This document shows, one piece after another, positions 23,970 through 34,927 of a stretch of DNA of 64,000 bases. This stretch comes from Sedimentisphaerales bacterium (GTDB lineage: Bacteria; Planctomycetota; Phycisphaerae; Sedimentisphaerales; SM23-30), in the NCBI GenBank assembly GCA_963666285.1, contig OY762711.1; one strand, given 5' to 3'. How positions within the stretch are numbered: position 1 is the first letter of the stretch; every line of letters starts with the position of its first letter. Made by a program: the position numbers and the translations under genes. The notes beneath the pieces were generated by a model. That model was not told the origin of the DNA and ran no database searches. It saw only the letters and a program-made list of their open reading frames with translations.

Positions 23970-26780
23970 TTAGTTTATATCATCTTTATCTGTGTTCCAG
24001 GGTAATTGTCCTAGCCAGGATTCAGATATTTGAATTAAATCTTCAATATCAATTATATGATCTATTAGTATTCCATCATTATTTACCGTTTGGTTAGTCA
24101 TCCACAGTTTTGAAATAATGCTGAAATCAGATATGTCAACTAGTCCGCTATGGTCAAAATCTCCTAATAAGCTCCAAGGGTTTCTGCTTGCAAAAATTGT
24201 CCCGCCATGAGCGCCGATATTAATACGTCCGCCATTTGGCATACTCTCTCTGACAGGATTAATATATGGGTCACCTGCATCTACACAAGGACTGGACATA
24301 TTGTCATTAATCCACAATTTCGAGAAGTCACTCACATCATTAGGGTCATCAAATCCGCTGAAATGTCCATATTTGCTTGGCAGGGTATAATCATTTGATT
24401 CTATACTGGCATCAGTATATAACGGTGAATCGTAAATATTATCCTTCAGGTTAACTGTATCCCCAGTTGTCGGAATCTGTATTCTATCCTGGTCGAATCG
24501 ACTATATCTTATGTCACAGCCAGATGCTTTATCACAAAATATATCTACGTTGTTGTCCCAGAAAATAGTGTTACTAATATAAGGTATTGAATCTCCCTGG
24601 ATTACAAGACCATTTTGGTTATTAACAACAGTAAGGTTTGCTAAAGTTGGACTTGTATGTGTGCAATATATCGCATAGGTACAATTCTTTATTATCAGGT
24701 TTCTTACTGATGTGTCTTGTTCTTCAGCATTAAAAAATGCAAGGCCGAAACTGCTGTCAGGTGTTATTATGGCTGGTTTTGCTGCACTTTGTATCAGGAG
24801 TTTTTTTCCAAGCGGGTTAATTGTTTCGCTATATTCACCTGGCCATATTAGTATCATATCGGTGTCATTTGCATATCTTATCGCCATAGCTATGGTTCGT
24901 AATGCATCTTCACAGCTTTCTCCGCCGTTGGTGTTTAATCCGTTTGTACCGTCAACATGATAAACTTTACATCTGTTGCTTTTACTTGCCTGCTTTGTCT
25001 GGCCGTAAGCACCTATATTGCTTCTCAGACCGTTTGGCCATGGTTCAAAGCCTGTAATTCTTGTAGGTTTACCTGCGTCAATACAAGGACTGTCAATCTG
25101 ATCATATGTCCATTCTTGATTGCTGGTATCGTATCTCCCTTCAGTTGAGAGTAAATGGTAGTCAGCTTCAGAGTCAGAGTCGCTTACAGCAAAACCTGGA
25201 GCTGTAGCAATATTATTGGTGCCGTCATATCCGTTTAATATATTGCAATATTCTACAATACCGCAGCTAATTTCATTATCAACTAATAGTTGTTTGTAAT
25301 CCTTGTTCCAGATAATTGAATTCTGTATCGAGTAGTTTGCACTGGATATCTGGATGATTCCACAAGCATTAGGGTCTTCTGTGTTTATACAGTAATTATC
25401 AGCTACAGTACAGTTTGCCATCAATATAATACAGTCATTGCTTTCTGTATTTTCGATAAATATTGCTCCGCCAGAAATAGCGGCATTATTGTATATCAGG
25501 CAATTTCTGATAACTGGTGCGTAACTATCTATCAAAGAGATTCCACCGCCTTTGATATTATCAGAAAGATTATTGTCGCATATTGTCGTGTTGTATATAT
25601 GAGGGCTGCTTTGATAACTATATATAGCTCCACCAAGACCTGATTTGCCGCACTTGTTGTTTCTGATTCTGCTGTCTGTAATTTCTCCACTGCAGTCAAG
25701 TAGCAATGCGATTCCGCCGCCAGCTGCCGAGATGATATTTTTATCTGATTGTTCGGCACTGCAATCCTCAATAATGCAGTTATATATTGTTGGCTTACCA
25801 CCAACGCAGCCTATTCCGCCGCCTGTTTGAGCTTCGCAATTAGAAATTATGCAATTTGAGATTGTTGGGCTGGAATACTCACAGAATATCCCGCCGCCGA
25901 TTGAATAGCTTTCCGAACTGTTCCATGTTTCTTTTAGGTCTGCTGTTTCACCTGAGGTCGTGTTACCGTTTATGATAGTAAAACCCTGGATTATTGTCTG
26001 TGCTGTTTCTCCATTATGAAAGTAAAATCCTCGCTGTAGCTGGTTGCCGGACTGTGTTTTGCAGACAATAATTGTTTCATCCGGGCCGGCTTCACTTCTT
26101 ATTGTTATCGCTTTACCCTTGGTGTCAAGGTTGCAATTACCTGTCCCGCTGTATTTACCCGGCATAACCTCTATCGTTTGGCCGTCTGTTGCATTATTAA
26201 TTGCATCTTGAATTGTTTCATAATGCTCAGGAACTATTATATCTGGTTCCAATACGTCAAAGTATATATACAAGTCGTCGAGGGCAGTTCCTTTGCCGAT
26301 AAATTGTACGTATATTTTGCCGGAAAAAGAAAAGAAGGGTATTTGGTTCTGACCTGCCGTTAATCTAACTGGGCTGCTCCAAATTTCTCCTGTTGGCGAA
26401 ACTCTGCACTTTAGTGAAGCTTTACTTTGGTTTGCAAAGGGAAAAATTGCCCGGCAGTTGATATATCCTTTTATGCTTTTATTGGTAACATTGGTCTCTT
26501 TTAACGGCAAACAATAACTGATATCAGCTTCAGTTTCATTGGAGTCCATAAATACGAGTGTTCGCTGGCCGTTTGTTATATAGCTGCTGTAGAATAAGTA
26601 TGGATGGGCAGGGGGATAGGCAGTCTCCGGCCACAGCATTGAATGACTTATGCTGTCATACATTGCCTGCTCAGTATCGAAACTGTCAGAATATTCGTAT
26701 GACCATGCTTTAGTGTTATGACAAATTGCTATAAATAATAGCAAGGTCAATATATATGTAATTCTCTTTTCCGCTCTCAT
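23970..26780 (-). CDS. Secreted right-handed beta-helix repeat protein with dockerin-like C-terminus
   Basis: Signal peptide, VPEHYETIQDAIN, GGGI repeats, two SPCIDAG..NIGAYG/HG units and GDFDHSGLVDISDF. Confidence 0.82.
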   Translation of the reverse strand: MRAEKRITYILTLLLFIAICHNTKAWSYEYSDSFDTEQAMYDSISHSMLWPETAYPPAHPYLFYSSYITNGQRTLVFMDSNETEADISYCLPLKETNVTNKSIKGYINCRAIFPFANQSKASLKCRVSPTGEIWSSPVRLTAGQNQIPFFSFSGKIYVQFIGKGTALDDLYIYFDVLEPDIIVPEHYETIQDAINNATDGQTIEVMPGKYSGTGNCNLDTKGKAITIRSEAGPDETIIVCKTQSGNQLQRGFYFHNGETAQTIIQGFTIINGNTTSGETADLKETWNSSESYSIGGGIFCEYSSPTISNCIISNCEAQTGGGIGCVGGKPTIYNCIIEDCSAEQSDKNIISAAGGGIALLLDCSGEITDSRIRNNKCGKSGLGGAIYSYQSSPHIYNTTICDNNLSDNIKGGGISLIDSYAPVIRNCLIYNNAAISGGAIFIENTESNDCIILMANCTVADNYCINTEDPNACGIIQISSANYSIQNSIIWNKDYKQLLVDNEISCGIVEYCNILNGYDGTNNIATAPGFAVSDSDSEADYHLLSTEGRYDTSNQEWTYDQIDSPCIDAGKPTRITGFEPWPNGLRSNIGAYGQTKQASKSNRCKVYHVDGTNGLNTNGGESCEDALRTIAMAIRYANDTDMILIWPGEYSETINPLGKKLLIQSAAKPAIITPDSSFGLAFFNAEEQDTSVRNLIIKNCTYAIYCTHTSPTLANLTVVNNQNGLVIQGDSIPYISNTIFWDNNVDIFCDKASGCDIRYSRFDQDRIQIPTTGDTVNLKDNIYDSPLYTDASIESNDYTLPSKYGHFSGFDDPNDVSDFSKLWINDNMSSPCVDAGDPYINPVRESMPNGGRINIGAHGGTIFASRNPWSLLGDFDHSGLVDISDFSIISKLWMTNQTVNNDGILIDHIIDIEDLIQISESWLGQLPWNTDKDDIN

Positions 26781-26784
26781 ATTG

Positions 26785-28656
26785 CTATTGATTAATGACT
26801 TCTGGTAAACTCGTCAGCCAGTTAATTCCGGTGCTTCTAGCAGTTTTAGATGCAGCCGGTGATATATTGTCCAGTTTTGACAATGTGTAATCATCTTTTT
26901 CTGTAGTATAACTAAATGCGATTCTACCATTACCATCACTGCTTTCAATTATAATCTCTTTTAGTAGGTCCTTGTATAAATCGATAGTATATATTAACTT
27001 GCAGCTAACATCTTTTGTTACTGTAATCCTGACATCCTTGTCGCCAGGTAATAGCTCTGTCGTAAAATGCAGATTTTCTTGTATGGCATCCCGTCTGATA
27101 GTATCGATCGTATGCAGTCCGCTCCATGGCCTTCCTAAGCCATGGAATAAGCTGCCGCCTGAATATGCGGCTTTTTCTGTTCCTCCGACTTTGATTTCGG
27201 CATAAATACCGGTATCAATTATTGTCGCTTTACCTCCAATTTTCATTTTTAACTGCGGCCGGTTATGATTATAACTGGTGTAATTGAATGGGATTCTGCC
27301 TTCACCTGTAATCTTGTTATTGCCAAGATTTCCACTTAATGTAAAATATGCCCAGCCTTGCTGGTGGATTTCATCTCTCTGGTCAATAATGACAGAGTTT
27401 ATCGGCCAGTCGCATTTGAAGTAATCTTCACCCAGAAGGTTATAGTTCCTCAGCATTTTCCATTCTGCTTTGCTTTTGTTATCTTGAAAACCTTCCAGGA
27501 CAATAAGAAGGCCTTTTGTCGATTTATTACATCCAATTGGCGGATTGGCCCATCCTTGATATCTTTCTAATTTATTCGTAAAAGCTGTCGTGTCAGTTGG
27601 CAGCTGCATTACTGACAGGTCTGGGTAGAAGTATTTATAACTCTTAAGGTATATTTTATTATCTGAATATGGGCTGAAATAGCTTCCCAGGTGATTTTGT
27701 AAAAGCAGGCATTGTGACACATGGTTCTCAGAGTCTACGGCTATCTGCTGGCTCATTACCGCTCCGTTTGGGCCCTGTGGGTAATAATACCAGTGTTGGA
27801 TCGGGATATTATCTTTTTTGATAAGCCTTAAATCGGAGATAATTACATTTGCACTTTTGCTGTTTATATCAGTTGTATTAGGTAGTAAATCTTTGTTAAA
27901 TATCAGATTCCCGCTGTATAAAGCTGCAAGTACTGTATATGCTAGTATTGCGGTCTTTCCGCTTAGTATGCTTACTGTCGTTGCTGTTGTTCCTACGGCC
28001 AGGGAAGATGAACTGATTGTTATATTTGCAGCCGCAGCCTCAGTCCCTGCTGTCATCTTACCAAAGACTGTCAAGGCAATTACTATTGAAAGACCTGAAT
28101 AACCATTATTGGATAGGCGTTTTGCTAGTGATTTCTTTGCCCGAAAGAATTTCATTCTCACGGTGAAAATATTGAGACCAAGTGCTTCTGCAATTTCAGC
28201 ATATTCCATTTTGTCATAACAACGCATGCTTAAAATTGCCCTGTGTTCGGGCTTAAGGCTTGCGATTGATTTGGAGATGGACTGTTGCAGCTCATTTGTA
28301 ATTACTGCTGCCAGCCCGTCAGTATCTTCCTGGCATTCCGGTGGTCCATCAAAATCATCCAGGGATAAGGTTCTGTGTCTGGAGGCACTTCGTTTTGCAT
28401 GCCTGATCTTATTAAATGCTATTCCATATAGCCACGGCCAGAACCTGCTTGGTTCTCGCAGCTTGTCGATAATCTGGCACATTTCCAGTAAAACTTCCTG
28501 GACTATATCCTGTGCCAGCTCTTCTCTCAACACAATTCGATACACGTGTCTTTGCAGCGGCGCAATTGCCAGCTCTGACAGTTTCTCAAGACTCTGTTTA
28601 TCTCCTTGCCTGGCTTGCTTCACTAGGCTGATTGAAATGTCTTCTTTTGCATACAT
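26785..28656 (-). CDS. ECF sigma-70 factor with ~430 aa C-terminal extension
   Basis: Region 2 (AQDIVQE..FWPWLYGIAFN) and region 4 (YAEIAEALG..TVRMKFFRAK), then a hydrophobic segment and a long C-terminal domain. Confidence 0.88.
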   Translation of the reverse strand: MYAKEDISISLVKQARQGDKQSLEKLSELAIAPLQRHVYRIVLREELAQDIVQEVLLEMCQIIDKLREPSRFWPWLYGIAFNKIRHAKRSASRHRTLSLDDFDGPPECQEDTDGLAAVITNELQQSISKSIASLKPEHRAILSMRCYDKMEYAEIAEALGLNIFTVRMKFFRAKKSLAKRLSNNGYSGLSIVIALTVFGKMTAGTEAAAANITISSSSLAVGTTATTVSILSGKTAILAYTVLAALYSGNLIFNKDLLPNTTDINSKSANVIISDLRLIKKDNIPIQHWYYYPQGPNGAVMSQQIAVDSENHVSQCLLLQNHLGSYFSPYSDNKIYLKSYKYFYPDLSVMQLPTDTTAFTNKLERYQGWANPPIGCNKSTKGLLIVLEGFQDNKSKAEWKMLRNYNLLGEDYFKCDWPINSVIIDQRDEIHQQGWAYFTLSGNLGNNKITGEGRIPFNYTSYNHNRPQLKMKIGGKATIIDTGIYAEIKVGGTEKAAYSGGSLFHGLGRPWSGLHTIDTIRRDAIQENLHFTTELLPGDKDVRITVTKDVSCKLIYTIDLYKDLLKEIIIESSDGNGRIAFSYTTEKDDYTLSKLDNISPAASKTARSTGINWLTSLPEVINQ

Positions 28657-28772
28657 ATTTACGATTCATATTGCTGATTTACCCGAATTAGATTAGCGGC
28701 TGTTTAGTTTCGTTTTCCTTTTTGTTTTTATAGATCGGGTAATTCGATACATTGTAGGTGTATCTATATATA

Positions 28773-28903
28773 TGTGCCTCAAAAAATAGGAATATAACGC
28801 GAAATAATAAAAAATTTATAAATTCTGACAAATTCATTATACAAAAAAGAAAAATCATTAAAAAATGAAAAAATTTTGTTATATCTTGCTGTTTTGTGGA
28901 ACA
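28773..28903. promoter_or_regulatory. Pair of similar divergent promoter-like motifs (GTTATAT...TTTTGwGGmACA)
   Basis: Minus strand 28798-28773 gttatattcctattttttgaggcaca aligns without gaps to plus strand 28878-28903 gttatatcttgctgttttgtggaaca. Confidence 0.5.
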
Positions 28904-29017
28904 AACATTATGAACGGCCTTATTTTTTACTGTAAGTCTTACAAAAGGTTTTTTGCGGATAAGCTTCTGCTTGTCCTGGTTGAATTATTGTAAATTATTG
29001 TTAAAGGAGCACTTACC

Positions 29018-32000
29018 ATGTCTAAACGAAAACTTACTTTCTTTTTACTGCTTATATCATTAATTTGTTCTCCGGTTTTTGCTCATTGGGTACCGGATGA
29101 TGGGCACAAAATGCATTACCCGCAGCTGCCTGACCCGAAAGGCTGGGATGTGCCTTTATATCCTATTATGCTGGCAGATGATTTCAAATGCGGACAGTCC
29201 GGTCTAATTACAGATATACATTTCTGGGTTTCATGGAAGGATGATGTTGTAGGTGAAATATATGATTGGTATATTGCAATTCATAAAGATGCCGATGGTA
29301 GGCCCGGAGATATCCTGTGGAAATATCAGGGAGGTGAAATTGCTCTCAGGCATGAAGAACCTTCTTTGCAAGGATGGATAAATCCTTTTGGTGAAACTGA
29401 TGATGAAAAGTTCATTCCCGATAATCATACTAAGTACACTCTGGTCAATGTGACTGAAATTGAAGAACCTTTCAAGCAGGAAGAAGGCACTATTTACTGG
29501 CTGGTGATTTATGCTTACAGTACGATTGACGCTGATGGTGTTGCCTGCTGTCAGCCCGGATGGAAAACTTCACTTGACCAGTTTAATTATCCGGCAATGT
29601 GGTCGCCGGGGCCATGGTCTGCCAGTCCGATCGGTTGGCAGCCTATTCCAACTCCTTCTTCATTGGAACAGGTAGATTTGGCATTTGTTATAAATTATAC
29701 GGAACAGCCTCAGCGATTACTGGATTTTGGTGATGCTGATGAAACTAAATCTAATTCTTATCCAACTACTTTATTGAGAAATGGTGCCCGTCATTTAATT
29801 GTTCCAGGCGTGTTTATGGGCTCTCCATTGCTGACGTATATTCAGATTGATGATGAATCTGACGGGCAGCCCACTCCGGCATGTAATGGCGATGATTTGG
29901 ATGGAACCGATGATGAGCAAGCTGTAATACTTCCAGCCTTACTTGTTCCCGGTACAACTGCTGAAGCTGATATTTCTGTCTCTACCAAAGGCTTTATTGA
30001 TGCCTGGATTGATTTCAATGCCGATGGTGATTGGGATGATATTGGTGAAAAGATTTTCTATAGCACTCCTGTTGTTGCCGGTTCTAATATATTAAGTTTT
30101 TATGTTCCTGCAACCGTTTCTGATATTGAAGATGGTGAACGTTCGACTTCTGCTCGTTTTCGTTTTAGTACAACTGGTGATCTGAATTATTATGGTTTTG
30201 CATCTGACGGTGAAGTAGAAGATTATATTGTTAAAATCGGCCCTGACCCTCAGCCGCTGATGGATTATGGTGACGCTCCAGATGGTGATTTTGTACCCGG
30301 CGGATATCCTACTTTGTTAATCAATAATGGTGCAAGACATAAGATAAATTATAAAGTCTTTCTTGGCAGATATATTGATCCGGAAAAAGATGGCCAGCCA
30401 ACAAATGCAGCCAATGGTGATGATATTACAGATTTAGCGGATGAGGATGGGGTGTTATTTGCCGGACCACTTGTCCCGGGAGAAAAAACTGAGATAAAAG
30501 TTATTGCTTCTTGCAGTGGACTTTTGTATGCCTGGGTAGATTTCAATGCCAATGGCAGCTGGGCTGATTCAGGCGATATGGTTTTTATTGGTGAACCATT
30601 AGTTGCAGGTGTTAATTATTTGCAAATACCTGTTCCGGTTATAAATCAGGTTGAACCATATGCGACTTATGCCAGGTTCCGTTTCGTTGCTTTAGACACA
30701 ACAACTGTACCTCTTAGCTATGATGGACCGGCAAATGATGGCGAAGTTGAGGATTATATTATCAAAGTCGTACCGGAGCCTTTATACGATTTTGGTGATG
30801 CTCCTGAGCTTAGCTGTGATGATCCTGACGTTATCGGGTGCACCACTTACCCTACGACTCTTGCACGTAACGGGGCCAGGCATTTAGTCAACCGCAGTAT
30901 TTTCCTTGGTCATCCGTATGCTGATTGTATTCAAATTGATGAAGAATATGATGGTCAACCGACCATTGCTGCTGATGGTGATGATCTGGCTGATATTGAT
31001 GATGAGCAGGGTGTATTTTTCCTTACTCCTATAGTTTCCGGCATGCCGGCAAAGGTAACTGTTTGGGCGTCTGTCGATGGTTTCCTTGATGCATGGATAG
31101 ATTTCAATAATGATGGCGACTGGGATGACTACGGCGAACAGATATTTGCTAGCCAGCCCCTTGCTCTAGGCGAAAACGGTCTTGTATTTACTGCTCCGCC
31201 TTATCCTTATACTGTTGTGACTGATACTGAAACCTACGCCAGGTTCAGGTTTAGCACATATGGTGGGCTGAATTATAAGGGGCCTGCCCGTAATGGTGAA
31301 GTAGAAGACTATACTGTCAAAATTGAAGAGCCCGGGCGTCAGTGTGACCTTGGCGATGCTCCCGATAGCACTAACAGCTTCGGCATACCCATGACCGCTT
31401 ATAGTAGTGTAGGGCCGCTGGATGTTGTTGTTAAGGCCAACTATCCGACTGTATATGAGATTGGTTCTCCTTCTCATGGTCCGATACATTTCAATCCTGT
31501 ATTGATTGCACATTTAGGAAAAGGGCTCACCAGAGAGTATGAAGCAGACTATGGTTATGATCAGGATCCGTTAAATAATCTTATACCGCCGAAGGACAGG
31601 GCAAACCTTGATAAGGCAGATGATGGTGTTCGGCTGCCTGTTAATCTGCCGCATCATTACTGGACCGATTTCGATTATATTGTTAGGGTTTACTATCCTA
31701 TGCGTAAGCTGTATGTCAATGCCTGGTTTGATTTTAACCGTGATGGCGATTGGGATGACATTATTCCTTTCAGTAATGATAATCGCGTTAGGGCTAATGA
31801 ATGGGCCGTTCGCAATCAGCTGCTGGCAGGGCTGGTTCCTGGTGTTCATACTATTACTTCCTCACCGTTTATGTCATGGCAGCCGGACTTTGCCGCAGAA
31901 CAAATGCCTGAAATATGGATGAGAATAATGATCACAGAAAAGCCTTGGGAACCGCAGATTTCTGCCGATAATGCCGAAGGTTATGGTGGTTCTGGTCCAA

Positions 32001-32149
32001 AAGAAGGCTATTGGATTGGCGAAACCGAGGATTATTTCTTTGTTCCTACTGCTGAAATCAGGAAACGTGCCGACCTTAACGACGATGCACGGGTTAATAT
32101 TATTGATTTTGAGATTCTTGCTTCCCAATGGCTCGATGATCTCAACTAA
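29018..32149 (+). CDS. Secreted multi-GEVED-domain protein with dockerin-like C-terminus
   Basis: Signal peptide; four repeats of D(F/Y/L)GDA..YPT..AW.DFN.(D/N)G.W..GE(V/T)EDY; ends ADLNDDARVNIIDFEILASQWL. Confidence 0.85.
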   Translation: MSKRKLTFFLLLISLICSPVFAHWVPDDGHKMHYPQLPDPKGWDVPLYPIMLADDFKCGQSGLITDIHFWVSWKDDVVGEIYDWYIAIHKDADGRPGDILWKYQGGEIALRHEEPSLQGWINPFGETDDEKFIPDNHTKYTLVNVTEIEEPFKQEEGTIYWLVIYAYSTIDADGVACCQPGWKTSLDQFNYPAMWSPGPWSASPIGWQPIPTPSSLEQVDLAFVINYTEQPQRLLDFGDADETKSNSYPTTLLRNGARHLIVPGVFMGSPLLTYIQIDDESDGQPTPACNGDDLDGTDDEQAVILPALLVPGTTAEADISVSTKGFIDAWIDFNADGDWDDIGEKIFYSTPVVAGSNILSFYVPATVSDIEDGERSTSARFRFSTTGDLNYYGFASDGEVEDYIVKIGPDPQPLMDYGDAPDGDFVPGGYPTLLINNGARHKINYKVFLGRYIDPEKDGQPTNAANGDDITDLADEDGVLFAGPLVPGEKTEIKVIASCSGLLYAWVDFNANGSWADSGDMVFIGEPLVAGVNYLQIPVPVINQVEPYATYARFRFVALDTTTVPLSYDGPANDGEVEDYIIKVVPEPLYDFGDAPELSCDDPDVIGCTTYPTTLARNGARHLVNRSIFLGHPYADCIQIDEEYDGQPTIAADGDDLADIDDEQGVFFLTPIVSGMPAKVTVWASVDGFLDAWIDFNNDGDWDDYGEQIFASQPLALGENGLVFTAPPYPYTVVTDTETYARFRFSTYGGLNYKGPARNGEVEDYTVKIEEPGRQCDLGDAPDSTNSFGIPMTAYSSVGPLDVVVKANYPTVYEIGSPSHGPIHFNPVLIAHLGKGLTREYEADYGYDQDPLNNLIPPKDRANLDKADDGVRLPVNLPHHYWTDFDYIVRVYYPMRKLYVNAWFDFNRDGDWDDIIPFSNDNRVRANEWAVRNQLLAGLVPGVHTITSSPFMSWQPDFAAEQMPEIWMRIMITEKPWEPQISADNAEGYGGSGPKEGYWIGETEDYFFVPTAEIRKRADLNDDARVNIIDFEILASQWLDDLN

Positions 32150-32252
32150 AATTTATACTAGCTAACAGTTCACTACAATGTCCCGGGAAAGTAGATATTG
32201 CTTTTGCTTAACCGGTATTTTTATTTTAATATATATACCCATAACAGTTGAA

Positions 32253-32310
32253 AATGTTGAACATTCAAAAGTGCGCCATGTTTATGATGCGAAGCATAAA
32301 CCGCACCTAT
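32253..32310. repeat. Dispersed ~57 bp palindromic intergenic element, copy 2
   Basis: aatgttgaacattcaaaagtgcgcc...gatgcgaagcataaaccgcacctat aligns with 7546-7602. Confidence 0.7.
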
Positions 32311-32421
32311 ATCAAATGGTCCTGTTTTGAGAGCCGTTTGATTATATTATGTTTGAATTATTACTTTTTTGAGTAGAATATTTATAGATGGCTCATTTCA
32401 GTTCTTTGGCAGTTTTGGGTT

Positions 32422-34542
32422 ATGTTATTAGGATATCAAGTGAAATCAAAATTATTAAGAAACTTTGTATTGTTTGTCTTGCTGACTTATGTTATTGCCC
32501 CAACTACGCTTCTGGCCGAAGATGGATACAGGTTATGGCTGCGATATGAAACTGTTAAGAATTCAATGCTTGCTCAGGATTATAAGCAAATAGTCAAACA
32601 GGTTGAAATATCGAAGTCTTTGGACAATTATGATGTTATTAAAAATGAGATAAGTTCAGCTTTAACTGGCATGTTGTCAGGTCAGTTCTCCTTATCTGAT
32701 ACCATCACAACCAAAGGTACATTATTAATCGGTACCTTTGATTGCTCAAAATATATCTCCCAGTCAATAGATCCTGATATTATTGCTGAATGTGGTTCTG
32801 AGGGGTATTTGATATTATCAACCGGCAAGAGCGATAGTAAGCAAATAATTATTGCCGCTAATACCAGCAGGGGGCTGCTTTACGGTACTTTCCATTTCCT
32901 GAGGTTAATGCAGACCGGCCAATCATTGGAAAATCTTTCCATATTGCAGAATCCTCGGTTACAAAAGCGGTTACTCAATCATTGGGACAATCTTAATGGC
33001 TCTGTAGAACGTGGTTACGCCGGCAAATCGATTTGGAAATGGGATAATCTTCCTCAAAATATTGACCCGCGAATAAAAGACTATGCTCGTGCCAACGCTT
33101 CTATTGGCATAAATGGTGTCGTATTAAACAATGTTAACAGTCAGGCCGAGATTTTAAGACAGGACTATCTGGCAAAAGCTGTCGTTATTGCCGACATTCT
33201 GCGACCTTACGGCATACAAATATATTTTAGCGTCAAGTTTACCTCGCCAAAGCAAATCGGGGGACTGGATACTGCCGATCCTTTAGACCCGCAAGTTATT
33301 CAATGGTGGCAGGACAAAGCAGCAGAAATATATAAGATTATCCCGGATTTCGGCGGGTTCCTGGTTAAAGCCTATTCCGAAGGCCAGCCCGGCCCCCAGC
33401 AATATGGTCGCAGCCATGCCGATGGTGCCAATATGCTGGCCCAGGCTCTGGCTCCTTATAATGGTATCGTAATGTGGCGTTCCTTTGTATACGATTTGTC
33501 TATTGATTCTGACCGTACCAAATGTGCTTATCTGGAATTTGTTCCCTTGGATGGCAAATTTGATTCAAATGTATTGATCCAGACCAAAAACGGTCCTATA
33601 GATTTTCAACCCCGCGAACCTTTCAGTCCTTTATTCGGTTCCATGCCAAAAACCCCTCTAATGATGGAGCTGCAGATTACCCAGGAATACTCCGGGCAGG
33701 CCCAACATCTTGTTTACCTTGCTCCGCAATGGAAGGAAGTTCTCGATTCCGACACTTATGCCAACGGTCCCGGCACAAAAGTATCTTCTATTATTGATGG
33801 TTCCGCCGAATCGCATTCTATATCTGGCATTGCCGGTGTTTCCGGCATAGGCTCGGATCGTAATTGGTGTGGCCACCATTTCTCTCAGGCCAATTGGTAC
33901 GCTTTCGGCAGACTCACTTGGGCCCCGGACCTTAAATCCGATGATATTGCCCGAGAATGGATAAAAATGACCTGGTCCGATGACCCGAAAGTAGTTGATA
34001 CTCTTTCTGAAATTATGGCTTGTTCATGGCCCGCATGTATCGATTATATGACACCGCTCGGCTTGCATCATCTAATGCATGAAGGTCATCATTATGGCCC
34101 TCAGCCCGATTACGTCCATCCTGTCAGGCATGACTGGAGCTCTACATATTACCATAAAGCCGGCAAAGATGGCATTGGCTTCAATAGAAGTTCCACCGGA
34201 ACAAACGCCGTTAATCAATATCATCCGCCTTTGAACACTATTTGGGATTCACCTGAAGCATGTCCGAACGAATATTTGTTATGGTTTCATCATCTGCCAT
34301 GGTCCTATCGCATGAAATCAGGCGATACTCTATGGCATCAGTTACAAACCCGCTATAATTCCGGCGTTGACGAAGTCAGGGATATGCAGAAAATGTGGCT
34401 GTCTCTATCTGGCAAAATTGACCACGAACGTTTCGAACATGTAAAAAAGAGGTTACAGCTGCAGCTTGAGAATGCCGAAATATGGCGTGATACCTGCTTA
34501 AAGTATTTCGGGCAATTTGCTGACAAATCTGTTACGAATTAA
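32422..34542 (+). CDS. aguA: Alpha-glucuronidase, glycoside hydrolase family 67
   Basis: EDGYRLWLRY, RLLNHWDNLNGSVERGYAG, GPIDFQPREP and ELQITQEY. Confidence 0.95.
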   Translation: MLLGYQVKSKLLRNFVLFVLLTYVIAPTTLLAEDGYRLWLRYETVKNSMLAQDYKQIVKQVEISKSLDNYDVIKNEISSALTGMLSGQFSLSDTITTKGTLLIGTFDCSKYISQSIDPDIIAECGSEGYLILSTGKSDSKQIIIAANTSRGLLYGTFHFLRLMQTGQSLENLSILQNPRLQKRLLNHWDNLNGSVERGYAGKSIWKWDNLPQNIDPRIKDYARANASIGINGVVLNNVNSQAEILRQDYLAKAVVIADILRPYGIQIYFSVKFTSPKQIGGLDTADPLDPQVIQWWQDKAAEIYKIIPDFGGFLVKAYSEGQPGPQQYGRSHADGANMLAQALAPYNGIVMWRSFVYDLSIDSDRTKCAYLEFVPLDGKFDSNVLIQTKNGPIDFQPREPFSPLFGSMPKTPLMMELQITQEYSGQAQHLVYLAPQWKEVLDSDTYANGPGTKVSSIIDGSAESHSISGIAGVSGIGSDRNWCGHHFSQANWYAFGRLTWAPDLKSDDIAREWIKMTWSDDPKVVDTLSEIMACSWPACIDYMTPLGLHHLMHEGHHYGPQPDYVHPVRHDWSSTYYHKAGKDGIGFNRSSTGTNAVNQYHPPLNTIWDSPEACPNEYLLWFHHLPWSYRMKSGDTLWHQLQTRYNSGVDEVRDMQKMWLSLSGKIDHERFEHVKKRLQLQLENAEIWRDTCLKYFGQFADKSVTN

Positions 34543-34551
34543 GAAGTCTAT

Positions 34552-34880
34552 GTGCAAACCGAACTTCAAAAAATTTCGATAAAGGAAGAGATCGGCTATG
34601 GTCTGGGCGACACCGCCTCAAATCTGATCAGGAAGCCGATGTTATTTGCGTTATGGCGTCATACATCGAAATTTACGGCATACCTTCTAATACTAATCGA
34701 TGGCTCTTACTAAATGTTCTCCGTGATGAATGGGGGGCAAAGGCTATGTTGTTTCTGATTATTATGCCGTGCGACAGCTGAACAAGTGGCCGGAAATCTT
34801 CGGCCGGTTCTTCGATCAATATGGATTATGTCGTCGAACCCGGTGAATTTGAGATTATGATCGGCTCATCTTCACAAGAC
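34552..34880 (+). pseudogene. Fused remnants of a GPH-family sugar transporter and a GH3 glycosidase
   Basis: KISIKEEIGYGLGDTASNL; then in other frames VMASYIEIYGIP..RWLL..VLRDEWG / KGYVVSDYYAVRQL and MDYVVEPGEFEIMIGSSSQD. Confidence 0.8.
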
Positions 34881-34927
34881 TCATATAATTTTGACAGTCC
34901 GGTAGTTTATATTGAACATGGTAGATA

